A stretch of 64,000 bases of DNA from Candidatus Oxydemutatoraceae bacterium (GCA_965218975.1 OZ244717.1:256001-320000); one strand, 5' to 3'. Positions 21,401 to 31,395 are shown, counted from the stretch's first letter. Numbers and translations: made by a program. The notes: generated by a model from the sequence alone, not told the origin.

Positions 21401-22298
21401 ACAGACAGTAAAAAATATAATAAGGAATCTTTTAAAAGGAAAGGATTACAGAATTGAAATTATTACTCTTATTGATACTAGATTTTTACAGTTCGCCATT
21501 TATTTTTTCAAGCTTATAGTTGACGCAAAATTAAAAAGCGAAGATATCACTGTCGATTGGTATAAAAAATCTTTTTTGAATCCGAGTTTGCCGACAAAAG
21601 AAATCGCCATCAATTCCGGCTTAAATAAAAAGACAATTCATAACATGTTTAATTCCTCGACAAAAGAAATCGTCATTGATGCTTCAAATAAACATTATGA
21701 TCTTTTACATAAATCCATTAAAGATTTAGTTGATGCTAAACACGAGATTGAATTAGTTTTAACAATTAAATTTAAAGGAATTAGCGTTGATCTTAATATC
21801 AATGAAAGCTTAATTGTAATAAATGCCTTAGCTGTGAAAAGATCAGAGTTGAGGGGTGGGTTTTGGAGCACTGCCGGGAAAAGAGTTGAAAAACCATTGA
21901 TGCAGACACTTTGTAAGCTGTACAGTGTATCCGAAAGAAACTATTTTTTAAAAATAAAAGGAGAAAACACGAAAGATGACTTTGAGAGAGAAGTAGACTT
22001 TTATTTGGTGGGCGGAAACAACCGACATAAATGCGAAGTAAAATTAATGGGACGAGGAAATCCGGAAAGTGCCGATGCCGTTATAGCAAGGGGGAGTAAG
22101 GTTTTTGTGGCCGATAAATTATCCGATACTAATAAAAAGCAGTTGGATAGTTTAAATGTTGAGTGGGTTGAATTAAGGAGTAGTGGTGGATTTGAGAAAT
22201 TTGATACGGTATTAGAAAATTTGAAAATTCCACATATAAGATCACTCAGTAACATAGATGAAAGATTAGAAGTAGCATTGAAAGAGATTTTTCATTAA
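21387..22298 (+). CDS. Type II restriction endonuclease, CfrBI-like
   Basis: NSGLNKKTI, RGGFWSTAGKRVEK, REVDF...CEVKLMGRGNPESADA PD-(D/E)xK-type core; overlaps the MTase. Confidence 0.75.
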   Translation: MTITEQTVKNIIRNLLKGKDYRIEIITLIDTRFLQFAIYFFKLIVDAKLKSEDITVDWYKKSFLNPSLPTKEIAINSGLNKKTIHNMFNSSTKEIVIDASNKHYDLLHKSIKDLVDAKHEIELVLTIKFKGISVDLNINESLIVINALAVKRSELRGGFWSTAGKRVEKPLMQTLCKLYSVSERNYFLKIKGENTKDDFEREVDFYLVGGNNRHKCEVKLMGRGNPESADAVIARGSKVFVADKLSDTNKKQLDSLNVEWVELRSSGGFEKFDTVLENLKIPHIRSLSNIDERLEVALKEIFH

Positions 22299-22431
22299 AA
22301 AGAATTTGCTGCCAAGCCAAGCAAGGTTTTGGATACTTTTAGTGCGGCCGCTAAGAAAGCTGTTCCCACTGTTGTTCGCCGTTAAGCACGAGAAAAAAAT
22401 AAAAATTTTCCAGTATTGGAGTTGAAGAATA

Positions 22432-22493
22432 GTGGAGAGGGAAGGGGTCGAACCCCGGACCCCGTGAAGGATCAATGGTTTTCAAGGCCATCG
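22432..22493 (-). pseudogene. 3' remnant of tRNA-Ser(TGA)
   Basis: Minus strand: ATGGC-CTTGAAA-ACCAT anticodon arm, long variable arm GATCC..GGGTC, GGTTCGACCC T-loop, CCTCTCC 3' acceptor; no matching 5' acceptor or D arm and no CCA. Confidence 0.65.
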
Positions 22494-22734
22494 TTTCTTG
22501 ACTTCGTAGGTTTTGGCTCATAAGCGATTGCCCATGAGTGATTGAGCCAGTGCCCTCAGGATTCTCAGGGGCACTACATTTATAGTGTTGCTTGCAACGC
22601 TCCCGTGCTCAGTTTCCTCCGGGGCGCGACTTGCTCGGAAGCGGGAACGGAGCTTCGTCCCATTTCAAACCTACGCTACGGTAGGTCCTGTTGACGTCCG
22701 CACTCGCGCCGGATCCGCCACCCTGTCCCGCTTG

Positions 22735-22975
22735 ATAGACCCGGTCGAGATTCAGTAGAACGCCGCCGCTTCGCTCCAGCCCGTACACCGTGGCGCGCTT
22801 GCTCTGCGGCTGTGCGATACGCGCCAGTACCAGCTCGCGCAGGATGCGATTGGCCGCCATACGGCGCGCACCCAACACCTAGTTCCATCCGAGGTGCGAA
22901 TAAATCTGCGCGAACGCCTCGTGCACCCCAAGCGTCAGACGCGTTTCCTCACGGCATTTAGCCAGATCCGCCGAT
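22735..22975 (-). mobile_element. IS1634-like transposase fragment (pseudogene)
   Basis: DLAKCREETRLTLGVHEAFAQIYSHLGWN*VLGARR...ILRELVLARIAQPQSKRATV...LNLDRVY; internal stop. Confidence 0.55.
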
Positions 22976-23386
22976 GCCTCTTGCACGGCGCTTTGCCGCG
23001 GTCATGCAAGGCGCTGAGCCCAGTGCGGCGATAACGCTGGCGCCAGCGGTACAAAGTACTGCGACCGACCTTGAATACGTTCGGGAGTTATAACCTCCCA
23101 AAATAATAGGGCAGTATATTTCTGTTGAAGCTTAGAATGCTCATGAGCCTCCATTATTGAAGTATACGATGCCACCCTAAATGGGATTTTTGAAGCGCTT
23201 CGAGAGAAGCGTTCGACAGTAACATTCGGGGATCGGTGTTTTCTGTCCGTTGCCGACATGAGGGCGGTGCGGGGTGAGACGCGCCCGGAAAACCAATTGG
23301 TTTTCAGCGGTGAACGACCCGACAAGGACGTCGGGGCTGGGGCTTGTTGACAGAACCCAGTCGCGTCATGGACGACAGGCACTTTA

Positions 23387-23450
23387 CCGACAATCCGGCA
23401 CAATCCGCCGACAATCCGGCACAATCCGCCGACAATTCGCACAATCCACC
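23387..23450. repeat. 21-bp tandem repeat (GACAATCCGGCACAATCCGCC, ~2.5 copies)
   Basis: Seen directly; reads RIVGGLC repeats; related shorter copies near 24233, 63405 and 63965. Confidence 0.75.
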
Positions 23451-24019
23451 ACCAAACTACAAAATGGTTTCATAACCGGTCATTGAATGCTTCCGTATCG
23501 GTAAATAGCAGGTCTTCTGCATGATCGATACAATCTTCTTGGACGGTGCGGCTGAAGCGCTTGATGTGCGCGTTCATTTTCGGACACTTGGGATAGGTCA
23601 GCCACTGCTCAATCACGGGCGATTCCCGGATGAGCCGGGCAAACTGTCCTTGAAACTCACTACCGCCGTCCGTCAAGATATATTTTACCGGTGGCGGTAG
23701 CACCGCCAGGGTCAAGCGCAGAAATGCGGCAGCACTGCGGCTGTTACAGCAGTTGGTTGCCACTGCCGTTGCCATGCGGGTATAGACATCAATGGCCGTT
23801 AAGACGGTGCGGCGCATCCCGTGCTGATAACGCACAATTGTATCTAGGGCGATGCAATGCTCCGGATACTGTGCTTTGAAGTCTTTCGGCTTGTGTGCCC
23901 TGCAACGGCGCTTAAACGGTCGTTTTGTTTGTCCTTTGGCATTCGTGCGCTGCGGAACACGGCGCATTTTATCCGGCGCATCCGCGGTCAGGCGCGCAAT
24001 CGTGCGGACACTCGGGCAG

Positions 24020-24215
24020 GGTGAGACGCGCCCGGAAAACCGATCGGTTTTCAGCGGCGAACGACCCGACAAGGACGTCGGGGCTAGGGCTTGTTGACAG
24101 AACCAAGTCTCGTCATGGGTGAGACGCGCCCGGAAAACCAATTGGTTTTCAGCGGCGAACGACCCGACAAGGACGTCGGGGCTGGGGCTTGTTGACAGAA
24201 CCCAGTCGCGTCATG
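24020..24215 (-). repeat. Two tandem 98-bp palindromic modules
   Basis: Units 24020-24117 and 24118-24215; other copies at 19698-19795, 23273-23370, ~63082-63181 and 63446-63740. Confidence 0.9.
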
Positions 24216-24761
24216 GACGACAGGCACTTTGCCGACAATCCGGCACAATCCGCCGACAATCCGGCAACAAGCGCAAAACGGTTTCACACTGAATCGGTTG
24301 GCTAGGTCCGTCGGCGCCTCTTGCGCGGCGCTCTGGTGCGGCCATGCAAGGCGCTGAACCCAATGCGGCGATAGCGCTAGCGCCAACAGCACTAAAGTAC
24401 TGCGACCGACCTTAAATGCGTTCGGGAGTTACAACCCTCCTAAAATAATAGGGCAGCATATTTCTGTTGAAGTTTAGAGCGCTCATGAGCCTCCATTCTT
24501 GAAGCTAAATTGGCTCATATAGAAACCTTTGATGCGGTGGCCGATGTGTTGATATTGCATATCGGTCACCTTTTTGAGTTAAGCCGTGAGTCCCATACGT
24601 ATCTGGCACTATACAGTGCCAAGCACTAATTCCGAGTAGTGCGCAATAGAGTGGCATTATGCAAAGGATCATAGCTAAATCATTAGGGCCATACGAAAGT
24701 TATCTCATCGTCTTGTGTAGACATTAGTAAATGTTTTTGACATTAAAGTTGACCTTGCCAC

Positions 24762-25952
24762 TTATTTTTTACTTGAAGATGTACCGGATAGCTTGTTCAA
24801 TGCTTTATCTATTAAGGCTATTGCCTCATCAATGTTTTGATCGGAAGTATTAAATCCAAGACTGAATCTGATTGACGACTCAGCCTCATCACTTGTCAAC
24901 CCTATGGCTTTGAGAACATGAGATGGCTCTTGAGTGCCCGAAGCGCATGCCGAACCGATTGATGCCGCAAGACGTGGTTGCAACACATTCAGGATATCAT
25001 GTGCTGTAAACCCCTTGAATCCGATGTTGGCATTGCCCGGGTGTCTGTATTCGACAGGGGGGCCGCACAGCGTCATGGGCCATGACAACGCCAACAGTTT
25101 GTCGACAAATCGGTCCCGGTGTCTGCACAATTGTTCACGCTTATTCCTTGCTTGATCAGAACATAAGTATTCTGCTGCCGCTCCCATTCCAACGCATAAC
25201 GGTGTAGGCAAAGTTCCGGAACGCAGTCCGTTCTGTTGTCCGCCACCGTAGATCAGAGGTTCAATGCTTTCTTGTAAGTCACGACGGATATAGAGCGCGC
25301 CAATTCCCTTGGGACCATATATTTTATGCCCTGAAAGACTCAACAGGTCGGTATCATTTGCAAAGTTTTGCATATCTATCGCAATAGGCGCCTGAGCGGC
25401 ATCACAATGAAAGATGGCGCCGGATTGTCTGATTAAGCCGGATAAATTCGCGATATCCTGTATGGTTCCTATCTCATTGTTTACCGCCATAATCGAGACG
25501 ATCAGCACGTCATCAGTGAGGCTGCGTTCCAAGTCCGGCAGTAAGATGTGTCCGGATTCGTCAACCGGAAGCAATTCGACCTGAAAACCGAGCTGCTCGT
25601 TCAATACGCGCCCGACGGCGAGCACACTCTTGTGCTCAATTGCGCTAAGAAGGATTTTTTTTCTTGCAGCGCCCTCTGCCGCCGCATGTTTTGCTAACCC
25701 TAGCAAAGCTAAATTGTTGGACTCGGTTGCCCCGGACGTGAACACGATTTCATCGGCATCGGCGGCGATCAAGCGGGCAACTTGCTGCGCCGCTTTTTCC
25801 ACAGCGCGAAAACTTTCCCAACCAGGCGCATGATCTGCCGAATGCGGACTGGCATAGGATTCCGAGAAGTACGGACGCATTTCACGCAACACTCTGTCGG
25901 AAACCGGCGTCGTTGCCTGATAGTCAAAATACAGATATTCTGATGCGTTCAT
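24762..25952 (-). CDS. Cysteine desulfurase (IscS/DndA/SspA-like)
   Basis: YFDYQATTP, FTSGATESNN, NNEIG, HCDAAQ, SGHKIYGPKGIG, RSGT, IGSACASG catalytic Cys; likely start MNASEY at 25952. Confidence 0.9.
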   Translation of the reverse strand: MNASEYLYFDYQATTPVSDRVLREMRPYFSESYASPHSADHAPGWESFRAVEKAAQQVARLIAADADEIVFTSGATESNNLALLGLAKHAAAEGAARKKILLSAIEHKSVLAVGRVLNEQLGFQVELLPVDESGHILLPDLERSLTDDVLIVSIMAVNNEIGTIQDIANLSGLIRQSGAIFHCDAAQAPIAIDMQNFANDTDLLSLSGHKIYGPKGIGALYIRRDLQESIEPLIYGGGQQNGLRSGTLPTPLCVGMGAAAEYLCSDQARNKREQLCRHRDRFVDKLLALSWPMTLCGPPVEYRHPGNANIGFKGFTAHDILNVLQPRLAASIGSACASGTQEPSHVLKAIGLTSDEAESSIRFSLGFNTSDQNIDEAIALIDKALNKLSGTSSSKK

Positions 25953-25957
25953 CGGTA

Positions 25958-26028
25958 AGTCTTCAATCTTGAAATATCCTATAATACCAGAGACAGTCTT
26001 CAGGAATATAACCTTGAGACTATAATAC
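25958..26028 (+). promoter_or_regulatory. Divergent intergenic region with two TATAAT boxes
   Basis: TATAAT at 25980 and 26021, each inside an imperfect repeat AGTCTTCA...CTATAATAC. Confidence 0.3.
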
Positions 26029-26053
26029 ATGTTCCGATAACAGGACGACGAAT

Positions 26054-27028
26054 ATGACACGACGCGGCCCCCTATGTAGACAGGATTACAAACCGCACTT
26101 TTTAGGACACGAAACATTTCCCCTGCGCTATGGGTGGCTGAAAAAAGTCTATGACCGTGTGTCCCGCACCGAGAGAAATAAAAACAACAAAGCCCTGTGT
26201 TGGGGTGATAACGCTATTGCCTTGTTTGGTGTCGGTAAAAATATGGTTGCGTCAATGCGCCATTGGTCAATTGCGGCGGGAATAATTGAAGAGCCTTTAG
26301 GCGCAAATAAGGTGATTACAACCAAGATTGGCCGACAACTGTTCGGCAACGGCGGCCTTGATCCTTACTTGGAGCACCAAACATCTCTATGGCTAATCCA
26401 TTGGAAGCTGGCAACGGAGTGGAAAAAAAAGACCACTTGGTTTTGGGCTTTCAATCACTACTACGCCGTACAGTTTGAGCAGGATAAGTTTGTCAAAAGA
26501 CTTGAGCGCCTGGCAAAACATCTCGGGTGGCCACATGCCGCACATAGGACCATCAAAAATGACGTTGTCTGTTTTATTCGAACCTATACGACTCATCCCC
26601 TTGCCTCAAAAACGGGATGCGATGATTTACTCGGGTCGCCCCTAGCAGAGCTAGGCCTCATAAAGCCGTTCTCTCGAAAGGGTGAGTTCAGATTTGTTCA
26701 CGGCCCGAAATCAACCTTGGGCAAAGGCGCTTTTGTTTATGCTCTTCTTGAGTTTTGGTCAAATTTTTCTCCCGCTACTTCAACACTTTCGTTTGAGGCG
26801 ATTACCTACGAGCCCGGGTCGCCGGGACGCGCTTTTCTGCTTGATGAGAACGACGCGGCCGAGAGATTATCTGACATTGACGATATTACCGGCGGTGCGC
26901 TGCGGTGGTCGGAGACGGCAGGATTGAAGCAGGTCGTGCGGAACCCCGGCTTTGCGATAGATTCTGATTATGCTCTTCGGCTCATAAAAAATGATTATGA
27001 CGATTCTGCTTGCATGAAGGCAGCGTAG
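26054..27028 (+). CDS. DUF4007 protein (SspB-like)
   Basis: FLGHETFPLRYGWLKK, GVGKNMVASMRHW, DPYLE..SLWLIHW, SPLAELGLI, SPGRAF. Confidence 0.85.
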   Translation: MTRRGPLCRQDYKPHFLGHETFPLRYGWLKKVYDRVSRTERNKNNKALCWGDNAIALFGVGKNMVASMRHWSIAAGIIEEPLGANKVITTKIGRQLFGNGGLDPYLEHQTSLWLIHWKLATEWKKKTTWFWAFNHYYAVQFEQDKFVKRLERLAKHLGWPHAAHRTIKNDVVCFIRTYTTHPLASKTGCDDLLGSPLAELGLIKPFSRKGEFRFVHGPKSTLGKGAFVYALLEFWSNFSPATSTLSFEAITYEPGSPGRAFLLDENDAAERLSDIDDITGGALRWSETAGLKQVVRNPGFAIDSDYALRLIKNDYDDSACMKAA

Positions 27029-30000
27029 TGGCACTAATTGATCAAATTCATATCGCGCGGCGTTTCCAAAAATCAATCCGCATTGATGCCGATTTCGGCG
27101 AACGCGATGCGCTGCACGGATTTATATGCCCTCGGTCATCGGGGAATACTCTGCTATCCATGGCCCGGCACGTGTCGGAGACCAACCAAGGCGCTTTTAC
27201 TTGGACCGGTCCGTACGGCAGCGGAAAATCTAGTCTTATCGTTGCTTTAAGCGCATTGCTCGGCGGTAATCCGCATTTGCGAGAACAAGCCGCCGCGATT
27301 TTTGGCCGAACGCTTACTAATGCGATACGAGGAATGCTTCCGGCAGGGATGAAGGGTTGGCGGGTAGTGCCGGTGATAGGGAGGCGAGATGACCCTGTTG
27401 ATGTTATCGGACGCACCTTAGAGACAACGGGGCTTGTCGCTCGCCGGCCTCGCGGCGGCTGGACCGAAGATCTTCTTATTACCAATTTGATGGAAGGCGC
27501 GACAAACAAGGTTTACGGCGGGTTGATCTTATTCGTTGACGAGATGGGAAAATTCCTTGAGGCGGCCGCACAAGACGAGGTGGATATTTATATTTTCCAG
27601 CAACTTGCCGAAACCGCCTCGCGAAGCAACGGGCGACTCCTCGTCATTGGTATATTGCACCAGGCGTTTGAAGAATATGCGCACCGCTTGTCTTACGAAA
27701 TGCGCGATGAGTGGGCCAAGATACAAGGACGCTTCATTGATCTTCCGGTTAACACGACCGGCGAAGAACAAATTGACCTTATTTCCCGCGCAATCGGAAA
27801 CAACCGCCGTGCCGGTAAACCGAGCGCGCCATCTGTAACCGTGGCACAGTCGGTATATCGCGGTCGCACCGGCGATGCTCGGCAATTAGCCCGGATGCTG
27901 GAAAATTGCCGGCCGTTGCATCCTGTTGTCGCGTGTTTGCTCGGGCCGATATCGCGCCGGCGCTTTGGCCAAAACCAACGCAGTATATTTGGCTTTCTCA
28001 ATTCAGCCGAACCTCACGGTTTTCAGGATTATCTGCGCACCGCAAACGGAAACAGTCGCTACGGGCCCGAAAAGCTTTGGGATTATTTGCAGACAAATCT
28101 CGAGCCGTCCATTCTCGCCTCGCCGGACAGTCATCGATGGGCATTTGCGGCGGAAGCCATAGAGCGCTGTGAGTCTGTCGGGGGAGATATCTTCCATGTC
28201 AATTTATTAAAAACGATCGCGGTTATCGATCTTTTTAAGGAACGATCGGGACTCGTAGCCGGTTTCGATCTGCTTAAATCATGTTTTCCCGGTATCACGG
28301 CAAAATCTTTAAAGCAAGGTCTAAAACGGCTGGACGATTGGTCGTTGACCGTATTCAAAAAATTTCAGGATGCATACGCCGTATTTGCCGGCAGCGACTT
28401 TGATATTGACCGGGCTGTCGGCAAGGCATTGGAGGAAATTGACGAAATTGATTTTGCCGCACTGAAATCGTTGGCGGGGCTTCAGCCGATTCTTGCCAAG
28501 CGCCACTATTACGAAACCGGAGCAATGCGCTGGTTTGACGTAGATATCACTTCGGCGTGTGATGTTGCGGAATCCGTAGCTCGGTTCGAAACGAAAAACG
28601 ATGTGATCGGTCAGTTCCTGTCGGTAATCCCGACAAAAGGAGAAGATGAAGATACGGTTAAAAAATTGTGCCGCGACGCAGCAAAGTCGCACGGTCAATG
28701 GGGCATCATCGTCGGGTTTTCCGAGTACTCCCGGGCTGTTGTTGCCCTCGCGCGCGAGCTGCTGGCGACGGATAAAGTAAATAACGAATCTCCCGAGTTG
28801 GCGGGCGATACCGTTGCGCGCCGCGAAGTGTCCGCCCGTCTTGCTGAGTTGCAAGCCCTGCTTGAGCGCGAGCTGAATAAGTCTTTTGACCGAGCCGAAT
28901 GGTATCGCAAACATTGCGTTCCCAAGCCGTATCGCCGAGCCGATTTGAATAATCTGGTTTCTAAGCTTGCCGATAAGCGCTTTGATCAGTGCCCCAAGAT
29001 TCGTAACGAACTTTTAAATAGACAAAAACCTTCCGGCAGCGCCGCCGGCGCGCGGAATGCCTTGTTACGTTGTATGGTCCGGAACGAGGGCAAGCCTCGC
29101 CTCGGAATAGAGGGCTACCCTGCTGAAGGCGGTTTGTTCGCATCTATACTCGAGACGACAGGCCTGTATTCCGAAGCGCGTGCAGGAAAATGGCATTTTA
29201 CGGCACCACCCCAAGGCAAGACTGACAAGTGCAGGATATTTCCTATGTGGAATGCGGCTGTCCGACACATCAAAAAAAATAATCAGCGTCCCGTGCCGGT
29301 ATCGGAACTCTACGACAAGATTTGGTCTCAACCGCCCTACGGGGTCAAGGCGGGATTGGTGCCCGTTTTATCCGTTGCATTTATATTGTCGCAGCGTAAC
29401 AACGTAGCGGTATATCGCGAGAGTATTTTTCGTGCCCGTTTTGACGATATTGACATGGAATATATGGTCAAGAACGCTGCGGCCATACAGTTGCGCTGGA
29501 TGAGGCTCAACAGTACGTCGCGCCGCTTATTGTCCGATATGACCGAGGTCGTGCGCGACTTGAACAAGAACAACAAACTGCTTCATCCGGAGCCGATTGA
29601 CGTGGCGCGCGGTTTGGTTGCAATTTACGAACGATTGCCTCAGTGGGCTAAGCGCACGATGAGGCTCTCGGCAAACGCGATCAGAGTGCGCGATATTTTT
29701 AAGCACGCATACGACCCTAATAAATTCTTGTTTGACGATATTCCTACATTGTCGGAAGGGAAGAGGACGGGCCCTTCAGGCGCAAAAGCTATTCGGAAAA
29801 TTGTTTCCTTGGTAAATGAAGGCTTGCAAGAGCTTGTGCAGGCCTATCCTTTGATGCTCCGTCGTATGCGCGACGTTATGTTGGCAGAATTGCAGGTTCC
29901 GAACGCATCAAGGCAATCTCTTGCGGAATTAAGAGACCGAGCTACCAATATAAAAGAGTTGGCGGGTGATTTCCGTCTGGATGCTTTTATCGGGAGAATC

Positions 30001-30429
30001 GCCCGATACGACGGCAGCGACGCCGGATTTGAGGGGATTGCCAGTCTTGCAGCGAATAAACCGCCTCGCGACTGGGTTGATCCGGATTTGAACCGCGCCG
30101 CAATAGAGATTGCGGACATGGCGCAGAAGTTTTTAAGAGCCGAAACTTTTACCCGTATCCGCGGACGGCCTGAGAAACGCCAGGCCATGGCTGTCTTTAT
30201 CGGCGTGAAGGGGCGACCCGTGCCTTTGCTGGAAGAGTTTGATGTCATTGACTCCGACCGAGCGGCAATTGATGATCTTATTGAGCATGTCTCTGCCGTG
30301 CTTGAGACGGTTGATACAAATAGCCGGAGTATCGTATTGGCCGCATTGGCCGAACTTGGCGCCCGGTATATGCAAAAGCCGGACCAAGCCAAGCGAAAAA
30401 GGAAGAACGGAAAACCTACCGATGCCTGA
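27028..30429 (+). CDS. Large P-loop ATPase (SspC/BrxC-like)
   Basis: RFQKSIRIDAD, Walker A GPYGSGKS, Walker B LFVDEMGKFLE, EWAKIQGRF, PLHP, QNQRSIF, PPYGVKAG; GTG start overlaps the DUF4007 stop. Confidence 0.8.
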   Translation: MALIDQIHIARRFQKSIRIDADFGERDALHGFICPRSSGNTLLSMARHVSETNQGAFTWTGPYGSGKSSLIVALSALLGGNPHLREQAAAIFGRTLTNAIRGMLPAGMKGWRVVPVIGRRDDPVDVIGRTLETTGLVARRPRGGWTEDLLITNLMEGATNKVYGGLILFVDEMGKFLEAAAQDEVDIYIFQQLAETASRSNGRLLVIGILHQAFEEYAHRLSYEMRDEWAKIQGRFIDLPVNTTGEEQIDLISRAIGNNRRAGKPSAPSVTVAQSVYRGRTGDARQLARMLENCRPLHPVVACLLGPISRRRFGQNQRSIFGFLNSAEPHGFQDYLRTANGNSRYGPEKLWDYLQTNLEPSILASPDSHRWAFAAEAIERCESVGGDIFHVNLLKTIAVIDLFKERSGLVAGFDLLKSCFPGITAKSLKQGLKRLDDWSLTVFKKFQDAYAVFAGSDFDIDRAVGKALEEIDEIDFAALKSLAGLQPILAKRHYYETGAMRWFDVDITSACDVAESVARFETKNDVIGQFLSVIPTKGEDEDTVKKLCRDAAKSHGQWGIIVGFSEYSRAVVALARELLATDKVNNESPELAGDTVARREVSARLAELQALLERELNKSFDRAEWYRKHCVPKPYRRADLNNLVSKLADKRFDQCPKIRNELLNRQKPSGSAAGARNALLRCMVRNEGKPRLGIEGYPAEGGLFASILETTGLYSEARAGKWHFTAPPQGKTDKCRIFPMWNAAVRHIKKNNQRPVPVSELYDKIWSQPPYGVKAGLVPVLSVAFILSQRNNVAVYRESIFRARFDDIDMEYMVKNAAAIQLRWMRLNSTSRRLLSDMTEVVRDLNKNNKLLHPEPIDVARGLVAIYERLPQWAKRTMRLSANAIRVRDIFKHAYDPNKFLFDDIPTLSEGKRTGPSGAKAIRKIVSLVNEGLQELVQAYPLMLRRMRDVMLAELQVPNASRQSLAELRDRATNIKELAGDFRLDAFIGRIARYDGSDAGFEGIASLAANKPPRDWVDPDLNRAAIEIADMAQKFLRAETFTRIRGRPEKRQAMAVFIGVKGRPVPLLEEFDVIDSDRAAIDDLIEHVSAVLETVDTNSRSIVLAALAELGARYMQKPDQAKRKRKNGKPTDA

Positions 30430-31252
30430 AAAGCATGTTTTAGGATTATCCGGCGGCAGAGACAGCGCTGCGTTGGCTGTTTACATGCGGCAACATTATC
30501 CCGAGCTTGAGTTGGAATATTTCTTTACCGATACCGGCAAAGAATTACCCGAAGTTTATGAGTATCTAGGACGGTTGGAAGGGTTTCTCGGGCAGCCGAT
30601 TTTGCGCCTTAATCCGGATCGCGATTTTGACTTCTGGTTAAAGCAATATGACGGTTTCCTTCCTTCTCCTCAAACGAGATGGTGCACGAGACAATTAAAA
30701 CTTCGTCCGTTTGAAGACTGGATTCGACCGATGCTTGAAAACGGAACAAAAGTGTATAGTTACGTCGCTATTCGCGGGGATGAGGCGTATAGAAAAGGGT
30801 ATTCTCCTAAATACGAGAATTTGAAAATCAAATTGCCTTTTAAGGAGGCAGGTATAGACAAAGCCGGGGTGCTTGAAATTCTTGACGGTGCCGGGCTCGG
30901 CTTGCCCGAATATTACTCATGGCGGACTAGGAGCGGGTGCACGTTTTGTTTCTTTCAGCAGAAAATTGAGTGGGTGCGGCTGAAGGAGCGGCACCCGGAC
31001 GCATTTGAAGAAGCCAAGGCATACGAGAAAGACGCCGTTAACCACGGTTCCCCTTTCACCTGGAGTCAAGGTGAGTCCTTAGAAGAGCTGTCACAGCCGG
31101 AGCGTATTGACCAGATCAAAGAAGAACATGCGCGACGTCTTCTGCGCTTGAGGGGTAAAGTGCAGAATAATCCTTTGCGTTCCGATAGCGAGCCCTTGGA
31201 TATTGACGATTTATACGGCAAGGCAAAAGTTTGCTTGGCATGCCATAAGTAG
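30422..31252 (+). CDS. PAPS-reductase-family protein (SspD/DndC-like)
   Basis: PP-loop SGGRDS, FTDTGKE, RWCTRQLK, RSGCTFCF, C-terminal CLACHK; start MPEKH at 30422. Confidence 0.88.
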   Translation: MPEKHVLGLSGGRDSAALAVYMRQHYPELELEYFFTDTGKELPEVYEYLGRLEGFLGQPILRLNPDRDFDFWLKQYDGFLPSPQTRWCTRQLKLRPFEDWIRPMLENGTKVYSYVAIRGDEAYRKGYSPKYENLKIKLPFKEAGIDKAGVLEILDGAGLGLPEYYSWRTRSGCTFCFFQQKIEWVRLKERHPDAFEEAKAYEKDAVNHGSPFTWSQGESLEELSQPERIDQIKEEHARRLLRLRGKVQNNPLRSDSEPLDIDDLYGKAKVCLACHK

Positions 31253-31395
31253 ACTTTGACTGCTTTTCGGAAATAGTTGGTAGGCACTTCGGCAACGGCT
31301 TACTTGGGGATGTTCTTGCGGGGAGGTGTGCTTGAATCTTGAAACCGAACGGATTGTCGCATACGGACGTGCGGGCACACCCACAGCGATGCAAC

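Larger units (their letters stand above)
22976..24615 (-). mobile_element. Scrambled IS481-like transposase debris with left end at 24615
   Basis: Left end TGTATAGTGCCAGATAC, then MQYQHIGHRIKGFY; rve core fragment IALDT..LTAIDVYTR..ILTDGGSEF..PKMNAHIKRFSRTVQE; duplicated N-terminal pieces; three 98-bp modules. Confidence 0.8.

Noticed and set aside
22432-22493. Functional tRNA-Ser
   Set aside because: 5' acceptor strand, D arm and CCA missing; stem mismatches
22571-22588. NrdR box (CACTACATTTATAGTG)
   Set aside because: Half-site spacing longer than consensus and no nrd gene nearby
23470-24141. Active 223-aa transposase
   Set aside because: N-terminus is translated 98-bp repeat; HTH and C-terminus missing; ERF changed to KRF
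24762-25952. Housekeeping iscS
   Set aside because: No iscR/iscU/iscA context; lies inside the IS-bounded island beside DUF4007
31228-31252. c-type heme site (CLACH)
   Set aside because: Cytoplasmic PP-loop protein without export signal; metal or persulfide role more plausible
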